Assembly (NCBI GenBank): GCA_030390025.1
Contig: CM059432.1
Coordinates: 26,848,001 to 26,912,000 of the forward strand
Reading direction: 5' to 3'
Length of the DNA stretch: 64,000 nucleotides
Origin: Squalus acanthias
Lineage: Eukaryota
The notes under the pieces were generated by a model, which was given only the letters and a program-made list of their open reading frames with translations, searched no databases and was not told the DNA's origin. Made by a program: the position numbers and the translations under genes. Shown in pieces: positions 12,900 through 24,896 of this stretch (the stretch's first letter is position 1; each line of letters opens with the position of its first letter).

Positions 12900-13788
12900 G
12901 GGGGAAAGATTTGGTTGGTTTGCGCCTCCCGTTAGCGCCTTAAGAGGGCGCTACTGGGGCGCAAAGCAACTAGCACCCGTGTGCGGCGATGTTTGCAGCC
13001 GCTCACGAAATTGACGACATTTTGCGGCGGCGCTAAACACTACCGCCACGATCTACTGCGCCCGCAGATCGTGACGTCAGTCGAGTGTGCAACACCCCGG
13101 TACCACCCCGGACTGGATATTGAGTGGCGCCCCCTGTCTTACCGCCTGCCGCTAGCAACGTCAGGTTGAGGGGAGCGTTTTGCAGTCGGGAAGGGACTGA
13201 CGGAGTGCTATTTAAAGGCAGCCGCTTCCTGCCTTTTTTTGTCGGTGCAATTTTTGCACGACGCATTCTGAGTGAGAGAGAGACTGCAGGAGATATTCAA
13301 AGCTGTGTTGAGGAGTTTTGGGCACTGAGCAGCACTTTGCAGGTTCTTTTTGATTTGATCTTCCTTGCATCGATTTAGAAGAGACTATAGGGGCCACACT
13401 CTGAGTTCTTTCCCTGGGCCTCTCCATTGTTCTTTCCAACAGATTTGATGTACAGGTCTCTCCAGGCCGAGATTCAAGGCTGCAATGAGCAGGGTGTGGA
13501 TGGAAAGCAAGATCGACCCTCCCCTTTAAGAACTGGCCGGCGCCAGTGTGTCTGTGTTCCATTGCTGACTGACATCACATGAGCTTCGCCAGCGCTCTGA
13601 GGTAGCGCCTCGCTCCTCGGCGTTAGTGCCTTAAGAGAGGTGTGTCACGCCTGATTTAGAGCTCCAATCACCTCCAGGGGCGATAGAAGCCAAGTTTGCA
13701 GTCGGAGGCGATAATTAGCGCCAGGCGCTAAACTTTGCGCCCGGCCAATAATTGCGCCCCAAATGGGGCGATACCGAATTTCTCCCCC
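12900..13788. mobile_element. Harbinger-type non-autonomous element, 3-bp TSD TGT
   Basis: TIRs GGGGGAAAGATTTGGT / ACCGAATTTCTCCCCC; removal restores the CR1-like tail aaattctgtgattctatg. Confidence 0.8.
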
Positions 13789-13800
13789 TGTGATTCTATG

Positions 13801-13971
13801 GGGTGAATTTCCGCGGCGGCTTACAGTTTTTCCACAGTTTTTCTGCTGAAGTTACAGTGGATGAGTGGGAGAATTCCTGTGGAAATTTCGTTCATAGGTG
13901 TCGGTGCAAGCTGATCAAAACAAAAGAGAAAATTTCCAAAAATGGAGCGAATTCGACCCAGGAATTCTCCC
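13801..13971. mobile_element. short Harbinger-type MITE, TSD ATG
   Basis: TIRs GGGTGAATTTCC / GGAATTCTCCC flanked by atg at 13798-13800 and 13972-13974. Confidence 0.7.
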
Positions 13972-15089
13972 ATGTAAAAAACAAAATTAAAATTCAAAAC
14001 TAGGGATCATAAATATATGACAGTCACTAATAAATCCAATAGGGAATTCAGGGAAAACTTCTTAATCCGAGAGTGGTTGGAATTTAGAACTTGCTACCAC
14101 ATGGAGTAGTTGAGGCGACTAGCATAGATAGAATCATAGAATGGTTACAGCACGAAGGCGGCCATTCGGCCTGTCAAGTCCGTGCCAGCTCTCTGCAAGA
14201 GCACCTCAGCTAGTCCCACTCCCCTGCCCTTTCCCTCTAGCCCTGCAGCAAGAGCGACATAAACAGGAAAAAGAGCGAGAACAAGAGCCAGATGTTACAA
14301 CATGGGTCAAAAATATAGGGCCAACCAAGCAGAACTCAGAGGCATGAAGTCAGCAAAATCAGATGTTCTGAGGTAGGCCACAAAGGGAACCTCTGCTGGT
14401 CTGTTAGAAAGCCTGCAACACAAACCGGGAGGCAGTGTGATATCGCAAGGCCTAAGGGAGCAAGTTACATTGTGACCACTGATGTGGATAGGCTGACCTC
14501 TTAACTTGACCCAGTCACAGTCAATGAGACGCATGCAGACACTGATAGCTCTTTCTGGTGTAGGACTACCACTATATAAAGGGCAAAGTTGCCTGCATTC
14601 AGAGATTGTGGTTAACCACAGAGACACCCATGGCTAGAGTTTGGCTTGAATATTTCGGTCGCATAGGGGTGACAGAAGTGGTCATCTATTTGTCCATGCA
14701 ATTCAATGTTTTGATGGGAAGTGACATGGATACCAAAGGTGTCATAGAGGTACAGCTCAGGGAAGAAGCGATCAGGACGACGCAGTGATCAGGGCAACAC
14801 TGTGAAAGCAAGGCTCATTAGCTCAGCACAGGCAGCTGCAGCAGTCAGCGACTGAGTTTGCACAAGGTCCTGGGCTGCTGTCAACGGAAGGGACTCGAGG
14901 GTGGGGAGCGGGGTTCAGGTGGAGAACTTGACGTGTCAGTATGAATGCTGCGGAAGCTTTGCATTGTAGCTGCAAGTTGTGCACCAATTGATGGTGGTTC
15001 TTCTCCATCTGTCACCTATCTGCCGATCCCATTAGCCTATGTAAGTCTTTCTGCAGTCTTCACAATCTTCATCACAATTTGCTGTACCA

Positions 15090-15560
15090 GAATTGAAAGG
15101 ATGCAACTATCAGGAAAGATTGAGCAGGCTGGGGCTCTTTTCTCTGGAAAAGAGACTAGGAGGAGAACTGACAGATCTCTTCAAAATGATAAAGAGGTTC
15201 AATGGGGTGGTTGGGGAGAAACTGTTTCCACTTGTGGGTGAGTCCAGAACAAAGAGGCATAAATATAAGCTAGCCACGAACAGATCAAATAAAGAATTTA
15301 ATAGAGTAATTTCTTTACACAGAGAGTGGTGAGAATGTGGAACTCGCTGCCACATGGAGTAGATAGCATTGATGCATTTAAGGGAAGGCTTGATGCCTAC
15401 AGGAGGGAGAAGGGAATAGAGGGATATGGGGGTGGGGTGGGGGTAGGGGGTGGGCTAGGTGAATTAGTGTGGGGAGGCGTGTGGAGTATGAGCACCGACA
15501 TAGACCAGTTGGGCCAAATGGCCTGTTACTGTGCTGTAGATTCTAAGTAACGTAATATGT
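15090..15560 (+). mobile_element. CR1 LINE 3' fragment
   Basis: YQERLSRLGLFSLEKR...LFPLVGESRT and VRMWNSLP. Confidence 0.85.
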
Positions 15561-15659
15561 AATAAATAAGAGCAGCCCCAAAACAGATCCCTTTAAAAGA
15601 CCACCCACCACACGTTTCTATCTCTCTGTTTTTCTCTCTCTTTCTCTCTATTTTTGACT

Positions 15660-17293
15660 TTCTGGGAGTTGGGTTAGGTGGGCTGAGAACATTTTTAAAA
15701 TTTCAAACCAAAACCCAACCCGCCTCAAACCTGCCCACTTCTGGCTTTGATGGAGACGGAACAGGGGGCAAGTGACCCACTCTCAGGAGACAGATCAGTC
15801 ATTGAAAGCTTTAAGCGTGCCTCAATTTTAATAAGCGTTCTATTTTTATTTCATGTCAGCTGGGTTTTCCAGGCCTCGGGAAACCCGGCAGCTAAAAGGA
15901 GGCCAGAAGAGCTGGATCCATAAGGCAAGCACTGCTTGTGGGTCAGGGGGAGCAGGGGGGGTTTCTTCCAGGCCCAACAAGTTACCCTGTAAACCCTGCC
16001 GCGCTCTGTCTGACCCCTGACCTCCACGATCTCCGAGCGCCCGATCTCCCCACGACCCCCCGCGATCTCGCCCCCTACGCAGCCACCATCTCACCCCGCA
16101 ATCACGCTCTATGCCCCTGTGACCACCGGCTCACTTCCCCCAACCATGCTCTACCTCCCCCCTGCGATCTCTCCCCCTGCACCACTAGACCTACCTGCTC
16201 CTCTGCTGTGTGCTTCTGCTGCAGGCTTTCCCGCCTGTTGGGTGAAAATAAATTCACATCTAATCTGTGGTAAAGTAAGAGGTGCAGCTTATTGAAAACA
16301 GAGCTCTAGGAGAAGGTTTCAGACCCCTGCGGTCTATGCGAGCACCTTCTCCCCAATCAGCAAAATTCACAAGCTTACATACAGTACAAGACTGGAGCAC
16401 ACCGATAGCCGTTATTACATTACTTATTCCTTGGCTAATCCGGCCCCGTGGCAACAGCCGCCCCCCAATTATATTCCTTCAAAAACAACCTAATTATAAC
16501 TTTACATCGTTAGCTAAGCCCCTTCTTTCAGTTCTGTCTTTTATCTAAGTTTGTCCAGTTATCTGGACAGTAGGGTCCATTCTTGCTTCATTGTGGCTTC
16601 GGCCGATCTGAGTCAGTGACTCGTGATTGGACATGGCTCAAAGGTTAATCAAATATACCCTACATACATCCGCATGACAGTTGTTACTTCGTAACCCCAT
16701 TGTTCTGCAAATTTAACCTTGTTATTGCAGCTTCTCATATCTCCACATGCTCAATCACTTTTGTAGTTCAGTTTCTGACCATCTGTTCCATTTGTGGTTT
16801 CAACTAGTCTCAATCGAGACTAGGTTGTCATGCTGTGTCGCTCGACTGCAACATTCAACTGGTTCAAATCCCAACCCTTCACCGCCCAACAGGCAGCCAG
16901 CCTTTCAATCAAACGTATTGTGTACAAACCCTTTCCCACTAGTAGGTAAGAAAGCAGCTGTGAGTACGGAGTATTTATTGCAGTATTTCCATGGGTTTTA
17001 ATCAGCCCCCTTCATTGGTGTGGTGTTCTCGCCTTGCTTTCACTGCCGAGTTTCAGGAAGACCGGGAAACCCGTGGACACAACATTAAATTTAAAAGTGT
17101 GTTGAAATATCGCTCCAATTTAGCAATTAGCATATTTGCTGCCACCTCCCGAGGAGGTTCCTAACGCACTCCAGTTAAATGTGGAAGTCGGCGGGTTGGA
17201 GCCAGCTTACCGACACACTCACATTTTTGTGGCTTTTAACCCCCCCCCCCGCACCTAAACCCATGTGCTCCTCCAGGTTAAAATTCACCCCTA
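15660..17293. mobile_element. Harbinger-type MITE interrupted by a solo LTR
   Basis: Ends in ggttaaaattcacccc (TIR-like); the host sequence ...ttcccgcc / ...ggcagccagcc is split by the 16236-16881 insert. Confidence 0.55.
16236..16881 (-). mobile_element. ERV/LTR-retrotransposon solo LTR (646 bp)
   Basis: TG...CA ends (tgttggg...cccttca) with 5-bp TSD CCGCC at 16231-16235 and 16882-16886; minus-strand CCAAT (16626-16630) and ATAAAAG (16538-16544). Confidence 0.7.
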
Positions 17294-18489
17294 AGTCTCT
17301 TTATCTTGCCTTCACTCTCTCCCTGCTCTTGCTTTTCTGTCAAAGGATAAGAGGAGATCAAGATTCACTACAGTACACAAAGATAATAATTATAAATAAG
17401 CAGCATAAAATTGAAACCATAAAAAGAATTTCACTCCTTCATACTTTCTTTTAATTAAAGGGTTGTTATCTGATTGCTATGTCTCTACATGCAGGCACTT
17501 CCTTTGCTTGGTATCAGGAAATTAAAAACCTTCTCACTCACATTCGGAGACCCTCTTTATATTAAGGATTCACTTCTAACTGAAGCGGTTCTGCAATATG
17601 ATCATGTCAAATCACTGGGCTAATTGTGGTGCGTGGCTGAGATCGACTGAGTTGCACAGACGAAGCATCAAACCTGGGACTTTTGCAATCTGTAAAGGGT
17701 AGTAAAGCCTTTTAAAATAAAAGAAACATTACTTACCTGCTAAACTGAAATGTCTGTCATTTTACTAAGTTCGTAAAACAAGACATGCACGATTAATAGC
17801 ATCATCGTGCTACTAATTTTGTTCTTCCGTTAAAATTTATTTTGGAGAAATAAAATCAGTAAAAATGCAAAAAACATATTACAGTAGCTCAAGTTATTCA
17901 CGTAGATGTAGCAATTACTGCTGTGCTTCTTTCCCAGTTGATGTGGACTGAGGACTAGGTCAAGAACTAAGGCTGCCAAGAACGTTTCCCCAAAACAAAA
18001 GCAACACTCCTTTAACCAATACCTCCTCATCTGATTGGCCATTTGGAATGGTGTGCAGGTGGCATTTACATGATGGCGAAGAGTGGGCCAGGAAAAAAAA
18101 ACAAGAGAATAGAATGAACTGGATGAGTTGATCAGTCTATTCCTGTTCCCACATTCATATGTCATTGCTGTGCTTAGCTTTTAAACGTGCCAAGGCTTGT
18201 TCACAATTGATGAGACAGCATCCTAGCATCACGTTACAGGCCCATAGTTCTTTCTCTTTTCATTGAAGGCAGCTTCCAAATTAGAACTTCTCATCTAGAA
18301 ATATTTGCATCTATTGCCAACTGGAAAACTGAGCAGGTGACAAGACTGGGACATGGCAGAGGTTGAGATTGTCGTTCAAATTCCAATGTTTGTCTTGCTG
18401 ATGATGAACCAGAGAATTATTGCCTCCACATAATTAGGCACAGAAATAATTCTGTCTAAAAACAGCTAAAAATGGGATTTTCCCCCAAA

Positions 18490-19492
18490 ACAGGCACGTC
18501 ACTCGATTTCACACTCCCAGCCACCAGCTCAGATACTGACACTCCGCAAACTTGAGAGGAATGGTTAGATGCGGGATCTGCACGTGGTGAGACACCGGGC
18601 ACGAGTTTGCAGCATGGGTAGGGAGAAAGGGTAGCGCGGGTGCCAGCTCCCCAGAGGGCAAGGTCGCACACGAGTTCTGTTGCAAAGGACTCAGATGAGG
18701 ACTTCGATGGGGCGGTCTGCAGAAGAAGGCTACTGGGTATGACAATGAAATGCTTGGTGCATTGGCAGGCCTGTCAGAAAGCCTGAGTGCAATGTCAAAG
18801 AGCATGGAGGAGTCCAGCACCAACCTTGCACAGGGCTTTGTGCAGAGCTTGGAGCCCATGATTTCCAGCATGGAAATGATGGCCAACTCCATTAGCACAC
18901 TTGTGAACCCAATCCTACCACTGCCACTCTGACGGCCGATATCTCAGTTTCCATTGCAGCACAGGCGGAAGCGACCCAATGTCTGAGCGCTGCAGTGGAA
19001 GCTCAGACTTCTGTCATGTAAGCTCAGACTGTTCACATGCAGGCTCAGCTTGCTGCCATTGTGGCTGCATTTACCAGTGTGGAAAAGGGCTTGCAGGGTG
19101 TCACAGCAGTCCAGCAATCTGTCCTCGTGATCACTGGGCTTGCTGAGGCGCCACCCCGGGGAAATGGCAGTGGTTCCATGGAGCACAAACTTGCTGTCTT
19201 CTCTCAGGATGACAACATTCGTGCTCCTACCACTGCCACTCTGCTGTTGCCTGTCTGTCAGCCAGTCAAAACTGCTGCCGCCCATGCCGAAGTGTTGCAG
19301 TCTAAAGCCAGGCCTTCTAGGCCCACAGCTACTTGAGGCCATCCTGCAAGGCCATCTGCAGTCTCCCCCACTGAAAGTCAGCAGCCTTCCACCAGCCATG
19401 CTGCAGCCACTGTGGTAGCACTTCATTGGAGCACTAGGACAGGCAAAGGCACATGAAAGACAGGCACTAAGGGAATGCACAAGGGTAATTAG
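18490..19492 (+). mobile_element. Harbinger Myb/SANT-gene last-exon relic
   Basis: Collinear similarity to 21530-22557 (DSDED, SMEESSTNLAQ, AVFSQDD). Confidence 0.75.
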
Positions 19493-19649
19493 TTGACTTT
19501 TTTATGTAATATTGGATGGATTGATGTATAATGATGAATTGAAATGTTTGTTTTGTGTTGGCTTCATTTCAGCATTGTGGCCAAGAGAACTCTGTGATGG
19601 TCCATATCAGAGGGCTGATAAGGTGTGGGGCTATTGGTGAATTGGAATT

Positions 19650-19936
19650 GGGGCTGTGTTCACTGGAACCGCAGTCGGATGAGTCAATCACGGACAACCC
19701 GGGCAGAAAAGGGCTGCCTGGGTTGCCTCCTCCCTTCCACTTCCTCTTCATCCTCCTCTTCCTCCTCTTCCTCAGGTGGTCGCCGTATGCCTGGTGGCAA
19801 GGGTTGTGCCCTCATGATGGGTTATGGAGCATGCAGCAGACCACGACGAATCTTGAGACACGCTCCTCTCCAGAGCGGTCCAGGCAGCGGAACCGTTGCT
19901 TCAGTACCTCAATGGTCTGCTCTATGATGTTTTGTG
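19650..19936 (-). mobile_element. Harbinger (HARBI1-like) DDE transposase C-terminal relic
   Basis: Minus translation NIIEQTIEVLKQRFRCLDRSG..ERVSRFVVVCCMLHN followed by an acidic tail; convergent with the Myb gene relic. Confidence 0.85.
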
Positions 19937-20182
19937 ATAACAAAACTGAGCCACAGCTGACACTATAATAATGTCAATTTAAAGGGTAATTATAAGCCAC
20001 ATGAGAAGAACAACTGCAAGTCACGCAGAATGAGTTGACTGTTTCCAATACATTTCCGTGCAATAGTTGAACTGCAGAAGGTTTCTATGCCTTAAAGCTG
20101 CACTGGTAACAATCATCGTCCAGCATGCCCGGAGGACAAACTCTCTAGCTACTAAATTAGAGACTTCAGTAGTGAGAGCAGA

Positions 20183-22560
20183 GGGCTAGAAATTCATTAT
20201 AGCCCAGGAATGGGCGGTATCATTGGAAAAGTTGGAGAATTAGCGCCAAGTGCTAATGCTTTAGACTGCGTGCAAAATTCATGCTCACTCATGGCAGCTC
20301 CACGCCCCAGGGAGAGAGCCCGCAGATTCTGCGATCAAGCACTGGAGGAGTTGGTGTTCACTGTGGAGAGACGGAGGGCAGTGCTCTACCCGGCAAGTGG
20401 CAGGAGGCCCTCACCGCAAGTGTTCCGCACCATGTGGAGGGAGGTAGTGCTGCCCATCTCAGGCAGCACTGTGGTCCCTAGGACCCACACACAGTGCAGG
20501 AAGAAATTTAACGACCTCACTTGGGTGGTCAGGGTGAGTGAATGCTTCAACAAATGACACATACCACCATCTGAACCACAGTCTTCACACACTGCCCAAA
20601 GCACCACACCCCAGCACTCACCCACCAACAATCTCTACCCACCAACACTCACACCCACATCTCACACCTTGCACACAATGACAGCTATTCAACTATGGCA
20701 GGCACATCACCCAAACACATTGCTCCACACTCACTCACACACTTTACTTTCTCTTGCAGGCCAAGGTGGCTCACAACAGGAGGAGCAGGAGCGCACAGGC
20801 AGGGGACAAGCCAACACCCAACCACTGTCTGCGCTGGAGAATAGAGTGCTGCAGATTATTGGGCACCAGGTGGTGGGCGCCGTGGCCACCAGTGACGTTG
20901 AATCCTTTGGGAAAAACAACAGTATGTTTATCCCTTCTCCTTCTTCTCCCAACCCAGTGCCCCCTCACAAACGTTTCGCACCTTCCAGCTAATCATGCTG
21001 TATGCATGCATTTCTCCCTTCCTGCCCCCCTCCCCTCACCTTAATCCGACTCTTGTGCCTTTATGCTTTCAGATAATGAGCAAGCACCTGAGCAGCCTGT
21101 CCCTGAGGGCACCATGGAGAGTTTGGCAGGAGAATACTGGTGTACCATGGTTGCAGTGTGTACCATCTACAAGATGCACTGCAGCAACTCACCAAGGCTT
21201 CTTTGGCAGCACCTCCTAAACCCGTAACCTCTTCCACCTAGAAGGACAAGGGCAGCAGGCGCATGGGAACACCACTACCTCCAAGTTCCCCTCCAAGTCA
21301 CACACCATCCTGACTTGGAAATATATCGCCGATCCTTCATCGTCGCTGGGTCAAAATCCTGGAACTCCCTCCCTAACAGCACTGTGGGAGTACCATCACC
21401 ACACGGACTGCAGCGGTTCAAGGCGGCAGCTCACCACCACCTTCTCAAGGTCAATTAGGGATGGGCAACAAATGCTGGCCTAGCCAGCGACGCCCATCCC
21501 ATAAAGAAATTTAAAAAAAGGAGGAAGAATTCACCGCGTCACTGCATATCTCACCCGCAGGCACCAGCTCAGATACTGGCACTATGCGTTCTTTAGAGAC
21601 TAGTATAATAGCGGGATCTGCACAGGGTGATGCACCGGGGACGAGTGGGCTGCAGCAAGGCCAGGGGGAAAGGGTAGCTCGGGGGCCAGCTCCCCAGAGG
21701 GCGAGTTCTGCTGCACAGGACTCAGATGAGGACCTCGATGGGGAGGTGTTTAGAAGAAGGGTGATGCGAATGCACACCGAGATGATAGGTGCAATGGCAA
21801 GGGTGCTCAAGAGCCTCTCGGCAATGGTAAGGAGCGTGGAGGAGTCCGCCTCCAACATTGCACAGAGCTCTGCGCACACCATGGAGCCCATCATTTCCAG
21901 TCTACAAAGGATTGTAGACTCCCAGAGAGACTGTGGCGAACCAGACCTGACGCCACGTGAGATGGGCGATCTGGCAGCTTCCATTGCAACACAGGCGAAA
22001 GCGATGCAACGTCTTAGTGCTGTAATGCAGTCTATGCTTGGTGGCATCCAATCTCGGACTGCTCTCATGCAGTCTCAGCTTGATGTCACGCAAGCTCTGA
22101 CTGCTGCCATCATGGCTGGGTCTACCACCATCGACCGGGGCTTTCACGGTGTCGCAGCAGGTTCGCAATCTGTGCTCCAACAGATTGCTAGGGATGCTGA
22201 GGTGCTGCCCCGGGGAAGTGGCAGTGGGTCAGTGGAGCAGGAACCTGCTGTCCTCTCTCAGGATGATAGCATTCCTGCTCCCACCACTGCCACTCCGCCA
22301 TTGCCCTTGTGCTGCCTGACATCCAGCCAGCCCAGACTGCTGCCGCCCATGCTGAGGTGGTGCAGTCTACAGCCGGGCCTTCCAGGCCCAGAGCTAGTCA
22401 AGGGCATCCTCCAAGGCCATCTGAAGTCTCCCACACGGACACTCAGCAGCCTTCCACCAGCCGTGCTGCAGCCACTGGACCAACACTTTGTAGGAGCACC
22501 AGCATAGGCAAAGGTACAGTAACGAGAGGCACTAAGGGATTGCACAAGGGTGAATAGTTA
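20183..22560 (+). mobile_element. Harbinger element with a three-exon Myb/SANT (NAIF1/MSANTD-like) gene, disrupted
   Basis: TIR GGGCTAGAAATTC at 20183; exon 1 20291-20533 (RFCDQALEELV...WREV...RTHTQCRKKFNDL, gtgagt donor); exon 2 20760-20921 (AKVAHNRR); exon 3 from 21073 to ~22557; frameshifts and a LINE insertion. Confidence 0.85.
21135..21520 (+). mobile_element. LINE family B 3' fragment inserted in the Harbinger Myb exon 3
   Basis: tgcagtgtgtaccatctacaagatgcac...gggatgggcaacaaatgctggcc followed by an A-rich tail. Confidence 0.9.
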
Positions 22561-23732
22561 ATATTGGGGTTGTCAAGTCATGGAGATGTGAGGAGCAATG
22601 AATGTTTGAAGTTTTGCTTTTTACATCAAGTTACAAAAAAATTCAACCATGCGTGGTCAGGAATAGACATCATTCTTCCGTTTACAAATTTGGTAAAAGA
22701 ACACAAAAATTCCAACTTATTGAAAAGGCTCCTCCAACAGCTCAGTTGATACATACATTAATATTCTGTCCAACGGTATAGCTACTTTTAGGGGGCCTAT
22801 ATACTACTCCCACCAGTATTTTCTGCCCCTTGTTATTCCTTATCTCCACCCATACTGATTCTACTTCCTGATTTTTTGAGCCGAGATCCTTTCTCTCTAC
22901 TATCCTTATGTCATCCTTTATCAGGGTTACCCCCCTCCTTTTCCATTCTGCCTATCTTTTCGAAACGTCAAGTACCCTGGAACATTTAGTTCCCAACCTT
23001 GGTCACCTTGCAACCACGTCTCTGTAATGGCTATTAGACCAAACCCATTTATCTCTATTTGTGCCACTAGTTCGTCTATCTTGTTACGAATACTTCGTGC
23101 ATTCAGATAAAGAACCTTTAATTTAAATTTTTTACCATTATTCCCTGCTTTGACCTTATTCTCTGCTGCACTGCTACCGTTAAACTCTCTGTCCCTTCCT
23201 GTCACACTCTGCTTATTTTTACCCAAATCGCTACACTGCTCTATTTGCTTGACCTTTCTCTTTAGATTTCTAAATTTCCCCTCACATGACCCCTCCCCAC
23301 CCCCCGCATTTTTAGTTTAAAGCCTTATATACAGCCCTAGTTATTCAATCCGCCAGGACGCTGGTCCCAGCCCGATTTAAGTGGAGCCCGTCCTGACGGA
23401 ACAGCTCCCTCTTTCCCCAGTACTGGTGCCAGTGCCCCATGAATCGAAACCCCTTCTTCCCACACCACGGTGCCGTGGTCAGTTTGCCCATCCTCCCTGC
23501 AGTCCTTTTCCTCATCCTTACAGGCAGCAAGCACCTCGTACCTGTTGGACAAGGTCAAGGGCTGAGGCTCCTCCATCACTACATCCTGGGTCCCCATACC
23601 TGCCTGACTCGCAGTCACACCCTCCTGTCCCTGACCACTGATGAACTCTAAAGTACTACTTAACCGAAAGGCGTGACTGCCTCCTGGAACAAAGTGTCCA
23701 GGTAACTCTCCCCCTCCCTGATGCATAACAAT

Positions 23733-24490
23733 GGCCCAGAAATTCCGTTCGCAGCCCTCCCGCGGGCGGAGGGCTGCGATCCAGAAAGATCTGCGCCTGG
23801 ACCGGAGGGCTCCCGGGAGGCGCAAAATTCCGTTGCATTGCCTCTTCAAACTGCCAGTGTGCAGGGCACGCGTATCCCAGGGTCGCAGGCGGATCGCAGC
23901 GTCCCTGGGATCACGTGGGCCATGGGGAGCCAATCAGAGCAGGGAATCGCCATTCATAGATTTGACAGGAAGACCTGTCAAATCTATGAATAGAGATCAG
24001 CCCCAAAACATAAGTAAAACTTCAAATAAATTATTTTTAAAAAATCACATTTTTAAAATGACTATAAATTACATAAATTAACTATTTTAAACAAAAATTT
24101 AAATTTTTGAAAAAAATAATTAAAGTTTTTAACGGGGCTAAAAATAAATTTACCTTTCTTTAAAGTATTTTAAAATGATAAATCAGTGGAAAATTTTTTT
24201 TTTTACTTTCTTAAACTATTAGCCTGGTAAAAGCAGGCCTTGCGGCTGCTTTTCTACGCGCAACTGTTCCCGACTTACCTGGACTGATAAAACTGTGAAA
24301 AAAACGGAAGTTTCTGACGTACGCGCTGCCTATCCGGCGCAGGCGTTTGTCCAGTCAAGCCCTTTCTGCAGAGAACAGAAGTTCTGGTTTCCAGCACATG
24401 CGCAGTGCATGCGTAAAACCGGCACTTCCATTGGCCCTACGGGTGAGTACACAGCGCGTACACACCCGTAGGGAATGGAATTTCTAGGCC
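23733..24490. mobile_element. Harbinger-type MITE inserted in CR1 ORF1, TSD AAT
   Basis: TIRs GGCCCAGAAATTCCGTTC / GAATGGAATTTCTAGGCC; aat at 23730-23732 and 24491-24493. Confidence 0.9.
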
Positions 24491-24896
24491 AATGTCTGCA
24501 GATTGGACTCCAGCTCAACAACTCTGAGCCGAAGTTCCTCGAGTTGCAGACACTTACTGCAGATGTGGTTGCTCGGGATCGCGATGCTCTCCACAAACTC
24601 CGACATGCGGCAGTTATGACACACCACCTGCCCTGTCATCTCTAACCTTGTTTTATTTATTAATTAATTAGTTAAAGCTTTGATTCAATCGATATTTTAG
24701 TTTATTGTTTGATTATTTTATCTAGTTTAAGTTATTAATTTAATAAGCACTAGCAAGTTACAGTTTCTCAGCTCCTAATTTAACCCCCTTCCCTAACTTA
24801 GAGAGCAATAAAAGCTGTAATACTCACCAACCAATCACCTACCTGCTCTCCTGTGATGTCACTCTTTAATTTTTTTGTTGTTGTTTTTGAATCGGA

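Noticed and set aside
14290..14625. Possible second LTR (TGTTAC start, TATATAAA at ~14573)
   Set aside because: No matching CA end with a TSD could be defined
17690..17830. Minus-strand exon with a cag|gtaagt donor at ~17737
   Set aside because: No reading frame or partner exon; the nearest acceptor would give an implausibly short intron of under 50 nt
21584..22507. 307-aa ORF as a host gene or domesticated Harbinger gene
   Set aside because: Part of a frameshifted, LINE-interrupted transposon Myb gene with a paralogous relic 3 kb upstream
24640..24842. Spliceable intron in the CR1 5' UTR
   Set aside because: Donor motifs are present, but the sequence before the ORF1 ATG is A-rich with no polypyrimidine tract
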